Shown here: positions 36,788 through 49,214 of the stretch, one piece after another
How positions within the stretch are numbered: position 1 is the stretch's first letter
Layout: every line of letters begins with the position of its first letter
Assembly (NCBI GenBank): GCA_013239625.1
Contig: MU053881.1
Location: 15,244,373-15,308,372 of the forward strand
Length of the DNA stretch: 64,000 nt
Origin: Lama guanicoe
Lineage: Eukaryota
Direction of reading: 5' to 3'
The notes under the pieces: model-generated
Database searches by the model: none
The model's input: the letters and a program-made list of their open reading frames with translations, nothing else
What the model was told of the DNA's origin: nothing
Position numbers and translations under genes: made by a program

Positions 36788-37020
36788 CTGCCGGCATCTT
36801 GTGAGATGGTCACTGACACATCCAGGCCCAGTGTAGTAACCCTCTTACATACAGCGTCCATGTCGATGATAGAGTCAATGCTTTCAGGCCCATCCTCCAC
36901 ACAGCATTGGGAGCCAGGGCAGAATCGGCAGTTGTCCAGCCCCTTGTAACCTTTGTTGTGCCCGCATTTCTCCAGTGTGACTGCGGTCGCCATGCCTGAC
37001 ACCCCCACATGTACCACAAG
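36788..37020 (-). CDS. PGPEP1: PGPEP1 exon 4
   Basis: ctgcag|CTT...AG|gtaaga; LVVHVGVSGMATAVTLEKCGHN...SQDAG, containing catalytic Glu85. 233 nt. Confidence 0.96.
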
Positions 37021-37725
37021 CTGCAGACAGATAGGCAGGGCTTAATAGGGTCTGGCAATGGGATTGAGGGGTCCCCTCAGGCCAAGGAAAGGGCAGCATC
37101 CTTGCTGGGCTCTGTATAGGATTACATGCTTTCTGACCTCTTGCTGCTGGAATAGACACTACAGTCACTCTTACAGAAAAGTATGCCAAGTGAAATACAC
37201 AAGAATGTGAAATATGCAAAGATGTTCACTGCAGCTTTGTCGTTACAATCAAATAGTGGAAATGACCTAATTAGCCATTCATTAAATAAATTATAAGCTA
37301 CTTTGTAGCTGTTAACATGCCGAAAGTAATTCTGTATGCAATAATCTTAAAGACATATTGCCAAATGCAAAAGGCAAGATATAACTTCCAGGAATCTCAC
37401 CTAAAAGTAATCAAAGAGATAATCTGTCCATGGTCACTACAGTGTTATTTATAAAGGTGAGAAAAAAACATGGAAATGACTAAGCATGCCCAATAATGGG
37501 AGAATGGTTGTATTAATAACTAAAAATTACCCTGCCATTAAAATCATGTTTAGGGAGAATTTTTAATGACCTGGGTGATTAAATGCTTGCAACAACATAT
37601 TTATATGAGGCAGGATACCAAACTGAATATAGTTTAACTTCAACTGTTAATTATTTGTGTGTATGCTTGGACACAGAAGGGGCACTGTAAGAAAATACGT
37701 GAACATTTGAAATATAGGCTGACGA

Positions 37726-38050
37726 GCACGCTGTCCCCTATGGCAGCCCCAAGCTACGGCGCAGCACTGAGCACTTCAAATGTGGCTGTGGCACAAATTG
37801 AGATGTGTAGCCAGTGCAGAACGCACACCAGATTTCGGAGACTGGGCACAAGAAAAGAACGTACAATGTCTCATTAATAATTTTTAAGATGTTGATTACA
37901 CGTTGATATACTATTTTAGAACAATGAGGTTTACATTTAAGATATTATTAAAATTAATTTCACCTATTTCTTTGTATGTTTTTTAACTGTCACTTCTAGA
38001 AAGTTTAAACTGTCCTGTGTAGCTGGCATGGTAACATCTAGTGGGCCATG
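37726..38050. mobile_element. hAT-Charlie DNA transposon remnant (MER33/MER3-like)
   Basis: GAGCACTTCAAATGTGGCT...AAATTAATTTCACCTATTTCTTT motifs. Confidence 0.55.
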
Positions 38051-38189
38051 ATGCTCAAAAACCTAACTGGCAAGGAGTAGGAGCCCCTGGGCTGCTTTAT
38101 CTGCTGCTGGATGCCTGGCATCTGCACTGTGTTATCTCACGCTCCATACACTGAATTCTGGTGAATGCAAAAATGAAATTAACAGCTGT

Positions 38190-38267
38190 AGTATAGAAGG
38201 TTGAATGGTGCCACTACCACCACTACCAAAAAAAGTAAGAAAGTAAGAAAGAAAGAATAAGAAAGAA

Positions 38268-38346
<79 letters not shown>

Positions 38347-38830
38347 GGAAAGGGAAGGAAAGGGAAGGAAAGGAAAGGAAAGGGAAGGGAAGGGAAAGGG
38401 AAGGGGAGGGAAGGGAAGGAAGAGAAGAGAAAAGTCCCTGCTCTAATACCTGGAAACTGTGACAGGGACCTTATTTGGGAAAAGGGTCAATTAAGTAAAG
38501 GTCATCGTGGATTATCTGGATGGGCCCGAAATCTATTGACAAATGCCCTTAAAAGAGACACACCAAGGAGGGACAGAGAGAGCCGAGAGGAGAAAGTTAT
38601 GTGACAACAGTGGCAGGGGTTAGGGTGATGTAGCCACAAGCCAAAATACTCCTGGAGCCCCCAGAAGCTGGAAGAGAGAAGGAAGGATCCTCCCCTAGAG
38701 CCTTTGGCCCTGCTGCTGCCTTGATTTTGAACTTGGGGCTTCAGAACTGTAACAGAATAAACTTCTGCTGTTTTAAGACACCCAGTTGGCAGTTGTTTGT
38801 TACAGCAGCCACGGGAAACATCCATGTGCT
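38190..38830 (+). mobile_element. MaLR LTR interrupted by a purine microsatellite
   Basis: MLT1-type motifs on both sides of the (GAAA)n tract. Confidence 0.6.
38246..38432. repeat. (GAAA)n followed by (GGAA/GGGAA)n polypurine tract
   Basis: Directly visible. Confidence 0.95.
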
Positions 38831-38950
38831 AAGCAGCTTAAACAGCGCATGCGTGCACACACGTCTATGCCAATTCATGTGTGTAAAGAACGCGTGAGTG
38901 GTGACAATAACCATGGTACCAGTTAACCATTACAGAGAGCTTACTATAGA

Positions 38951-39150
38951 CCAGGAGTTCTCAACCAGGGGTGATCCAGCCCCCAGAGGACATTTGGCAG
39001 TGTCTGGAGACATTAAGGGGTATCAACATTGAGGACACAGTGCTCCCAGCATCTCATGGGTGGAGGCCAGGAATGCTGCTCAACACCCTACAGTGCACAG
39101 CCCGGCCCATCACAGAGAATGATCCAGCCCCAGCATGGCTGAGAAACCCT
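38951..39150 (+). mobile_element. MER20-like DNA transposon
   Basis: CAGGAGTTCTCAACC...GGACATTTGGCAGTGTCTGGAGACA...GCTGAGAAACCCT. Confidence 0.75.
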
Positions 39151-39218
39151 AGGGGAGGCTGAGAACTGTTCACCTCCCTGCTGGCCTCCTCTCCCTCGTC
39201 CCCACCACGAATTCATGA

Positions 39219-40025
39219 TGTTGGTACTTGTACTATTGCAATTTATAATAAGAAATATATACCTGTTCTTAATCCACTATTCCTGGCACAGAGCTCCTCA
39301 TAGCCTTAGAATTTCTCAAGTGATGACAGCAATAAATGTCTTCTCTTGTTCATGAGGTGACTTTTAGGAAGCACCTAAGGATGGGGGCTGGTTGTCAGGG
39401 GAAATAACCATGTGATTAGAAGGTTAGAACCTTCAGCCCCGGCTCCCTACCTCAGAGGAAGGGAGAGGGCCTGGAGATGGAGTTTAATTGCCAATGGCCA
39501 AAGAACTAATCAATAATGCCTATGTCATGAAACCTCCATAAAACCGCTAAATAATAGGGTTGGGAGACCTTCTTAATTAGTGAACACATGAAGATTTGGG
39601 GAGAGTGGGGCACTCAGAGAGGGTGTGGAAGCTCTGTATACCTTCCCACATATCTTGCCCTCTGCATCTTTTTCATCTGGCTGTTCCTGAGTTATATCCT
39701 TTTATAATAAACCAGTAATCTGGTTTACAATATAGTAAATGGGTTTCCTCAGTTCTGGGAGCTGCTCTAGCAAATTTATCAAACCCAAGGAGGGGGGTCA
39801 TGGGAACCCCTGGTCAGAAGCACAGGTGACAACGACCTAGACTTAAGATTGGCCCCTAAAGTGGAGGGCAGTCCTGTGGGACAGAGCCCTTACCCTGAGG
39901 GATCTGATGCTACCTCGGGGTAGACAGTGTCAGAAGTTGAGTTGGAGGATATACATGCTGTCCGAGAATCACATGGTGTGGGGATAACCTCACACACGCA
40001 CTGAAATGGTGGTAGAATTTTAGTA
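39219..40025 (+). mobile_element. Solo LTR, MER21-like
   Basis: TATAATAAGAAATATAT...TTCCTGGCACAGAGCTCC and AATAAACC; similar to 22172-23095. Confidence 0.7.
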
Positions 40026-40028
40026 CGA

Positions 40029-40855
40029 CAGTCATCCCTCAGCTCAGTATCCACAGGGGATTGGTTCCAGGACCCCCCTCCCCCACTCAGATATCAAAAT
40101 CTAGGGATGCTCAAGTCTCATATAAACTGGTGTAAAAAAAATACATACATATATATATATATATATAAACTGGTGTAGTATTTGCATATAAACTACCGTA
40201 CATCTTCCCATATACTTTATTTTTTACTTTTTGCAGTTTTATTTATTTATGTATTTATTGAAGGGGATTAGGTTTGTTTGCTTGTTTTGTTTGTTTGTTT
40301 GTTTGTTTTACCCATATACTTTAAATCATCTTTAAACAACAAGGATTTACTTTATTGCACAGGGAACTATATTCAATATCTTGTAATAGCCTGTAATGGA
40401 AAAGAATCTGAAAAAGAATACATATATATATATATATATATATGAATATATATATATATATATATTCAGTTATATACATAACAGAATCACTGTGCTGTAC
40501 ACCTGAAAGTAACACAAAATTGTAAATCAACTATAGTTCAACCAAAAAAGATCTCTTATAAACTCATTACCAAGGTATAATTTTAAAAAATCATCCCTAG
40601 GGGGTGGGGTATGGGGTATAGCTCAGTGGTAGAGCACATGCTTAGCATGTGTGAGGTCCTGGGTTTAATTTTCCACTCTCTCCATTAAAAAAAGGCAAAA
40701 AACAAAAAAATCATCTCTAAATTACTTGTAATATCTAATATAATGTAAATGCTATGTGAATAGCTGCTGGCTCAAGGCAAATTCAAGTTTTGCTCTTTGG
40801 AACTTTCTGGAATTTTTTTTCCCAAACATTTTCAGTCTGTGGTTGGTTGAATCCT
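40029..40855. mobile_element. Tigger/MER2-like element with nested L1 tail and SINE
   Basis: CAGTCATCCCTC...GGGGATTGGTTCCAGGACCCC...GATGCTCAAGTC, resuming at ~40715 and running to GTTGGTTGAATC. Confidence 0.6.
40600..40710 (+). mobile_element. tRNA-derived SINE
   Basis: GGTATAGCTCAGTGGTAGAGCACATGCTTAGCATG core. Confidence 0.8.
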
Positions 40856-42089
40856 GACTATATTATTATTCCCACCTATCACAGGAGACTGAGGCACAAG
40901 GAGCCCAAGGAGCTTGCCTGTGACCTCACAGCTGGTCAGAAGCAGCCTGGCCCCCAAATCCTTTTTCTTTATCCCTTTCTATATGGTGAGAAAATTTTTA
41001 AAAACATGTTCCTGCATTAGGTTTTCTTTTTAACTAGAGTAAAGCAGGTCTGCATAGATGCAGCTCATTCACAAAACCTTCAGTCACATGTGGCTAAGCC
41101 TCCAGGTCCCCCTCCATATAAAGGGGACAATTCTACTTGAGGTGCGATGGGAGGGCGCCTTAGAAAGGAAGGCTCCTCCAGCCAGTGCTGCAGAATCCAA
41201 AACAGCAGGCTAAGGTGGGAAGTTACGTGGGGTCCCCACAGGGGACCAGGACCTCACCTGTTGGAGATACCAGTCCAGGTGGGTTCCCAGGCAGCTCCTG
41301 CCCCAGGTCTTAGCCGATTCACGTGTACCTCTGGTGGCAGGGTTTGGTTCCTCTCTGTCTGGCCTCCATTCATCGTATCTGCTTAAAACCAAAGTTCCCT
41401 CCCCAAGCCATTTTCCCTCTGTGGAACCCACCCACTTCTCATTCTAGGGAGTTTGCAGAAAGGTGACACCACCCGCTGGCCACCGGAGTGGGCATGTGAC
41501 CCAGGCCTCACCAATCAGAGCATTTCTTCTTTTCCAGCCGGAGTGACTGGCTCAGGGACTAGCCTGTGACCCAAGCTGGCCAATGAGAATCAGCCATAGA
41601 CTTCGGGGAATTATTTGGAGAAAAGGTGTTCTCTTACTGCAGCTGAGCTGAGTTGGGAGGACATCAGCCAGTAGCCACCTGTCTTTGCCACAGCAAAAGC
41701 AGTGAGCAAAGCACAGCTGAGTGGACAAGAGAGAAGGCTGATGACACTGGGTGAGTGCCTGGATCAAGCTACATCTGAACCATACGAAAATTTGTGCTCA
41801 AGCTGGGTTGAGGTGTGTTTTGACTGTCAGTTAAACCAAACATGCCATGACTGGTACAGAACTCCAGTCAAACAGAACCAGGCTCTGGGAAGTTCCAGAT
41901 GTTGCCCTCCTCACTCACCTCTGGGGGTAACCCAGGAAAGTGTGGCCCTTTGGGGGATAAGGCTGTGGCGTCAGCCATGTGATCAGGGCAGGAACAAGAC
42001 CACACAAACTATCCATGCTTGGGGCGCCCATCTGCAGGTCCTGATGAGGAAGCACCTGCCCTCACCCCACTCACCTTTGCCCCACTCAC

Positions 42090-42206
42090 CTGTGGACTGT
42101 GCTTCTCCCACAGGGCGGGGATGAGCCTCTGGACTGTCTTGTACTCCACTGGAATCTCATACACATGCAGGTCCACGCTGTCACCGAGCCCCAGCTTCTC
42201 CAGCTC
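42090..42206 (-). CDS. PGPEP1: PGPEP1 exon 3
   Basis: ccag|GAG...CAG|gtgagt; ELEKLGLGDSVDLHVYEIPVEYKTVQRLIPALWEKHSPQ. 117 nt. Confidence 0.95.
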
Positions 42207-42951
42207 CTGGAAGCAAGAGGAGAGGAAATGTTAGGGCATTTGGTAAAGGCTGCAAGGATAACTCGACCTCTGGGGATAAACTGACCTATCCTCAGAAAAC
42301 AGGTGGGGCTCCAGACTCACTGTGCAGAGCAGTAAGTCATGCGTGCTGAGCTACCCTAAAGCTCCTCCCTCATCCCCTTCCTCACCCATTCGTCTCGAAC
42401 TCTCTCAGCATCCCTGTGGGCTGCAGCATGACACTGTGGTCTCTGGAGCTAGGTTCCTGGGTTTGAACCCTACCTGTGTGACTTTGGGCAAGTCACTTAA
42501 CCTCTCTGAGCCTCAGTTTCCTCACCTGTAAAATGGGGATAAAAGAAAGCACTTACTGCACGAGGTAGTTATAAGAGTTGAAGGAATTAATCCATACTAA
42601 GAGTTCCAAGCAATGCTTGGCACATTATAAGTACTCAAGTACTGTTGGCTACCATTACTACTGTTGTTTTTGTTGTTTGTTATTATGCCTTGTCTTTGTT
42701 ATACTTGCTAAGAATTATTTATAGACTTGGTGCATGGCATGTAGCAGGGTCTCAACATACATTTACAGATGGACCCAACTCCTTAGGGAGCCTCTGTCTC
42801 AGGCATAAGGGGGTTTAAGAACATTATGAATTATATATAAAAATGGGCTGTGAAGACCCCAATGTTCATAGCAGCACTATTTACAATAGCCAAGACATGG
42901 AAGCAACCTAAATGTTCATCGACAGATGAAAGGATAAGGAAGATGTGGTGT

Positions 42952-42953
<2 letters not shown>

Positions 42954-43006
<53 letters not shown>
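42954..43006. repeat. (CA)n microsatellite
   Basis: Directly visible. Confidence 0.95.
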
Positions 43007-43008
<2 letters not shown>

Positions 43009-43197
43009 GGAATACTACTCAGCCATGAAAAGGAATGAACTAATGCCATTTGCAGCAACATGGATGGACCTAGAGATTATCATACTAAGTGAAGTAAGTC
43101 AGAAAGAGAAAGACAAATATCACATGATATCACTTACATGTGGAATCTAAAAAATGGGCATACATTTATTTTAATGATTTTTTTTCTTTTTTCTTTA

Positions 43198-43310
43198 TGG
43201 GGGAAGGTAACTGGGTTTATTTATTGACATTTGGAGGAGGTACTGGGGATTGAACCCAGGACCTCGTGCATGCTAAGCATGCACTCTACCACTGAGCTCT
43301 ACCCTCTCCC
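43198..43310 (-). mobile_element. tRNA-derived SINE nested in L1 3' fragment
   Basis: Reverse complement of the same SINE core (GGTACTGGGGATTGAACCCAGGACCTC...CCACTGAGCT on + strand). Confidence 0.85.
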
Positions 43311-44651
43311 AAGGCAAACTTATTTATAAAACAGAAACAGACTCTCAGACCTAGAAAATAAACTTACGGTTACCAAAGGGGAAAAGGGGGTGTGGGATAA
43401 ATTGGGAGTTTGAGATTTGCAGACATACACTACTATATATAAAACAGATAAACAACAAGTTTGTACTGTATAGCACAGGGAACAATATTCAATGTCTTGT
43501 AATAGCCTATAATGGAAAAGAACCTGAAAAAGAATATATATATATAGCCAAAAAAAAAAAAGGGCTATGATGGATCAGCACATGTGCACTTTTCTGGGAA
43601 AAAAGATGCTTTCCTAGGATTCTCAATGTGGCAGAGCCCAAGACTGGGCCTCCTTCCTCCAGTGGCCCAAGTCCCAGCACACAGCAGACCCAGGATGAAT
43701 CTTTTCAGAGGAACAATGATTCTGGGAACCCTGGCACACACAGGGGCTGGCAGGGACGTTTGAGGATGAAGGTTTCAGCTCAATAGCAAAAACTCAGCAT
43801 TCTTCATGGTAAAATTAATACTCCAAATAATGATGATCAGTCATGCTGTTTCGTATTATTCTCAGATCTCATGCAGTAGTTTGGAAACGCTACCACTGGC
43901 AGATGTTACAGAGTTCTACAGGCAGGTCTTGGGTGAAGCATTTTTTGCATCTGGCCTTGCTGAATTCACCAGAGGTGAGTTCTTGCCTTTCCTGCAGTGG
44001 CTTCAAGATTTCCTAATGCAGTCACCTTGACCTTGCCATCCATGCTGGCCCAACTCGGCACCCCATCAACTGCAGTTGCTCTGGAGAGTATCTGATGCCT
44101 GGAAAAGCAGATCCCCCCTCACCAACAGATACTTCCAAATGGCTCCGCAAAGAGGGTGTGTCGAGGTCACCTGGAGACAGGAAGCCTGGAGGGGAGGCGG
44201 GGCATAAGGTGGGGGTGGGGAATCGCAAAAGTCAACACTAGAAACTGGGACACTAGCCGTCTTGCCAAGTTTGGTGACAAGTGAGATTTGGAAGGGCCCC
44301 CCAAGAAACCCCACAGCTGGACAGACAAGATCAGAGTGCAAACCTGCTCCCCAGCCCTTGGTGGCCAGACAATGGGGGAGCAAGGCGGTTCTATTTTGTG
44401 TGAAGTCAATTAAAGGACATTTAAAACATACTAACGAGAAAGTTATATAAAATATTTCATTTCTCCCACAATCATTTTTCTTGGTCATTAATATTTTTAT
44501 TCTTCATGCCCCCTTGTCATCTAAGTCTCAACTCCTGGACTGTGCAATGAGAGTCAGAGGGGACGTTCGTTAAAGGGTTTGAGGATTCAGAGACGCGGTA
44601 GGCCCAGGGGTTGCCAGCACACGACTGCGATTCCTCTGACCAAGTTTCTTT

Positions 44652-44798
44652 CTTTCTTTTTTTTTTTTTAACATTTTTTATTGATTTATAATCATTTTAC
44701 AATGTTGTGTCAAATTCCCGTGTTCAGCACAATTTTTCAGTCATTCATGGACATATACACACTCATTGTCACATTCTTTTCTCTGTGATTTATCATAA
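44652..44798 (-). mobile_element. Short retroposon (L1-type) 3' tail with perfect TSD
   Basis: Poly(T) on + strand; 15-bp TSD TGACCAAGTTTCTTT at 44637-44651 and 44799-44813. Confidence 0.8.
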
Positions 44799-44982
44799 TG
44801 ACCAAGTTTCTTTTTAACATCATCCAACTCCTGCCACGCACTCAAGGTTTGAGGTGTTTGCTCCCTGTGTCCGTTTCCACGATTTCATCAACATTGACCC
44901 ACTTTCTGCATGCTGTATGTGGCATGCTGCACACCCAGAGTGATTGCTTTGAATGGCCACGCATTAAAAACAATGGGATAAA

Positions 44983-45097
44983 GTGGGGAGGGTATAGCTC
45001 AGCAGCAGAGTGCGTGCCTAGCATGCACAAAGCCTGGGTTCAATCCCCAGTACTTCCATTAAAAATAAATAAATAAATACCTAATTATCCCCCCCAA
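44983..45097 (+). mobile_element. tRNA-derived SINE
   Basis: GGGGAGGGTATAGCTCAG...GGGTTCAATCCCCAGTAC. Confidence 0.85.
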
Positions 45098-46589
45098 ATA
45101 AAGTTAAAATTAAATTTAAAAAATAATAGGATATTATAGATCACTGTTTGCTTGAGGTTTGTTGGATACACCCAAGTTTTGTTCAGGAAACTGATTTGGA
45201 GACCAAGCCCCACCTTCTCCTGTCCCACAATGCCCCCGCCTCCTGTCCCCCAAGGAAGAATCTAAAATCACATCACTCTTTCCCTGCTTCTGCCCTGCTG
45301 CAGCTTCTGTCATGATCAGAATAAAAATCCTAACTCCCTACCAGGGCTCACAAGGCCCTAAGGGGTCGGGATGCTGCCTTCTTCTCTCTCTGTCCCCATT
45401 TTTGCTACTTTTGCTCACTCTCCCCAGCACACAGCTTCCCACATACCAGGCTCACTCCAGCGTCAGGGCCTTTGCACCAACTATTCTCTCTGCTTAGAAT
45501 GCTCTTCCCCTCACTCCTTAGCCTTCACATCTCAGCCTCCCTAGAAGATCTTCTGGATGCCCAGCCCACTTTACATGCTTTCTTGGCCCCACTGGTCAAT
45601 GCTGTTGCCACAGCCCAGGATGTGTATACATTAGGTGCTGGTGAATGTCGGCTGGAACAAGTGAGCCACTCAAGCTTGGGCTGAGAACAAATATAGGCCA
45701 GGCAAGTCTGGGTGAGTACCAGACCCTCCTGAGGGTGTCTTACTTTCCTTAACTGTAAATGGGAGTTTGGACTTGCTGCTGGCTGGGAACCCCCTTCCCT
45801 TTTCATCCTTTCCTGCATTTAAAAGTAGCTCCTCACTATTCACAACAACCAAAAGGCAGAGACAGCCCAAGTGTCCATCAATGGATGAAAGGATATAAAC
45901 AAAATGTGGTCCACCTCTAAATGGAATATTATTCAGCCACGAAAAAGAAGGAAGCCCTGACACATGCTACAATGTGGATGAACCTTAAAACATCACGCTG
46001 AGTGAAAGAAGCTAGACACAAAAGGCTGCCTAGTATATGATTCTGATTATATGAAATGTCCAGAACAGGCAAATCCATAGAGACAGAAAGTGGTTTAGTG
46101 GTTGCCAGGGGCTTGGGAATGGGGATGGGAGTAATTGCTCACGGGAACAGGATATCCTTTTGGGATGATAAAAATGTTCTGTAACTATACAGAGGTGGTG
46201 GTTGTACAACACTGTGACTGTAATAAATTCCACTGGATTGTACACTTTAAAATAGTTAATTTTATATTATATAAGTTCATACCAATTTTTTTAAAAAGGG
46301 AAAAAGCAGCTCTGAATGGCATGGATGATGGAGGGTAGGAGTGAGGGGTGTAGGCCCTAGAGCCAGAGAACCAGCTTTGTTCCCCCTCCCTCACTGGGTG
46401 GGTGACCTTAGGAAAGTCACTCACCCTCTTTGTGCTTTTAGTTCCCTCATCTATAAATGGGATTAGCAGTAGTACCCATGTCATAGGGAGAAAAAAAATG
46501 AAACAATACACACGAAAGGCATAGTGCCAAAAAGGGCTCAACACATGTTAACTCAAACTATATTTTAAACTATACACCATCGAAAAGCA

Positions 46590-48945
46590 CAATGCAGAAT
46601 AAATTGACAATTTCTTAGCAAGGTACAATTTGCCAAGACTAAACCAGGAAGAAACAGATGATATGAATAGACCAATTACCAGCACTCAAATTGAACCAGT
46701 AATTAAAAACTTCCCAACAAACAGAAGTCCAGGACCAGGTGGCTTCACAGGTGAATTCTAGCAAACATTTAGAGAAGAGTTAACACCTATCCTTCTGAAA
46801 CTATTCCAAAAAATTGCAGAGGAAGGAACACTTCCAAACTCACTCTATGAGGCCATAATCACCCTGTTACCAAAACCAGACAAGGATATCACACACACAC
46901 AAAAAAAGTACAGGCCAATATCACTTATGAAAATAGATGCAAAAATTCTCAACAAGATACTAGCAAATCAACTCCAGCAATGCAGTAAAAGGATTATACA
47001 CTGTGATCAAGTGGGATTTATCCCAGGGATGCAGGGATTTTTCAATATATGCAAATCAATCAATGTGATACACCACATTAACAAACTGAAGAATGAAAAC
47101 CATGTGATAATCACAATAGACGCAGAAAAAGCTTTTGATAAAATTCAACATCCATTTATGATCAAAACTCTCCAGAAAGTGGGCATAGACGGAACATACC
47201 TCAACATAATAAAGGCCACATATGACAAACCCACAGCTAACATCATATTCAATGGGGAAAAGCTGAAAGCATTCCCTCTAAGATCATGAACAAGACAAGG
47301 ATGCCCACTCTCACCACTTTTATTCAACACAGATTTGGAAGTCTTATCCATAGCAATCAGAGAAGAAAAAGAAATAAAAGGAATCCAAAGTGGAAACAAA
47401 GAAGTAAAACTTGACACTGTTTGCAGATGACATGATACTATACACAGTAAACCCTAAAGAAGTGGCCAGAAAGCTACTAGAACTCATCAATGAATTTGGG
47501 AAAGTTGCAGGATACAAAATTAATATACAGAAATCAATTGCATTTCTATACACTAACAACAAAATGGCAGAAAGGGAAATTAAGGAAATGATACCATTTA
47601 CCATCACACCAAAAAGAATAAAATACCTAGGAATAAACCTACCTGAGGAGGCAAAAGACCTATATGCTGAAAACTATAAGACATTGATGAAGGAAACTGA
47701 AGACATAAACAAACGGAAAGATATACTGTGTTCTTGGATTGGAAGAATCAATATTGTTAAAATGGCCATACTGCCCAAGGCAATTTACAGACTCAGTGCA
47801 GTTCCTATCAAATTACCAATGACATTCTTCAAAGAGCTGAAACAAAAAAATGTTGAAATTTGCATGGAAACACAAAAGACCAAATAGCCAAAGCCATCTT
47901 GAAAAGGAACGCAGCTGGGGGAGTCAAGCTCCCTACTTCAGACTATACTGCAAAGCTACAGTAATCAAAATAGTATGGTGCTGGCACAAAAACAGATACA
48001 TAGATCAACAGAACAGGAAAGAAAGTCCAGAAATAAATCCATACACTTACAGTCAATTAATCTATGAAAAAGGAGGCAGGAATATACAATGGAGAAAAGA
48101 CAGTCTCTTCAATAAGTGGTGCTGGGAAAACTGGACAGCTACCTGTAAAAGACTGAAATTAGAACATTCTCTAACACCATGTACAAAAATAAACTCAAAA
48201 TAGATTAAAGACTTAAATGTAATATCAGATACTATAAAACTCCTAGAGGAAAACATAGGCAGAACACTCATGGACATAAATCACAGCAATATATTTTACA
48301 ACCAGCTCCTGGAGTAATGAAAATACAAGCAAACATAAACAAATGGAATCTAATTAAACTTAAAAACTTTAGCACAGCTATGGATACCATCAACAAAATG
48401 AAAAGACAACCTAGAGAATGGGAGAAAATATTTGCAAATGATGTGACAGACAAGGGACTAATTTCCAAAATACACAAACAGCTCATATACCTTAATATCA
48501 AAAAAAAAAAAGCAACCCAATCCAAAAATGGGCAGAAGACCTAAACAAGCAATTCTCCAATGAAGACATACAAATGGCCAACAGGCACATGAAAAAATGC
48601 TCAGCATCGCTAATTGTCAGAGAAATGCAGATCAAAACTACAATGAGATATCATCTCACACCAGCCAGAATGGCCATGATTGAAAAGTCTACAAATGATA
48701 GATGCTGGAGAGGATGTGGAGAAAAGGGAACCCTTCCACACTGTTGGTGGGAGTGTAGATTGGGGCAGCCACTATGCAGGACAGTATGGAGGTTCCTTTA
48801 AAAACTAAAAATAGACTTATCATGTAATCCAGCAATCCCACTCCTGGGCATATACCTGGAGAATAATAAAATTCAAAAAGACACCTGCACCCCAATGTTC
48901 ACTGCAGCACTATTTACAATAGCCAAGACATGGAAACAAGCCAAT
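46590..48945 (+). mobile_element. L1 ORF2 fragment (reverse transcriptase to C-terminus), disrupted, antisense in PGPEP1 intron 2
   Basis: [51 protein letters not shown] and [10 protein letters not shown] across several frames, with stops and frameshifts. Confidence 0.95.
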
Positions 48946-48978
48946 TGTCTATCTGCCAAGGGATCACTATCTAGAATG

Positions 48979-49213
48979 CAACTGACCCTTGAACACAACA
49001 CAGGTTTGAACTGCACGGGTCCACTTACATGCAGATTTTTTTCAGCAATAAATACTACAGCACCACACTATTCGTGATTGGTTGAATCTGCGGATGCAGA
49101 ACCATGGATACAGAGGAACAAGGTCTGTGGAAGGCTGACTGTAAGTTATAGATGGATTTTCCACTGTGCAGAGGTTTGGCACCCTGACCTCCAAGTTGTT
49201 TAAGGGTCAACTG
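48979..49213. mobile_element. Tigger/MER8-like MITE
   Basis: Imperfect terminal inverted repeats CAACTGACCCTTGAACA and TGTTTAAGGGTCAACTG, followed by TA. Confidence 0.75.
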
Positions 49214-49214
49214 T

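Larger units (their letters stand above)
42855..43560 (+). mobile_element. L1 3' fragment with (CA)n and nested SINE
   Basis: PMFIAALFTIAKTWKQPKC and MEYYSAMK...FAATWMDLE motifs, poly(A) tail. Confidence 0.85.

Noticed and set aside
46927..48801. Reverse-transcriptase ORFs as a novel or active system
   Set aside because: Ordinary L1 ORF2, 5'-truncated, with multiple stops and frameshifts.
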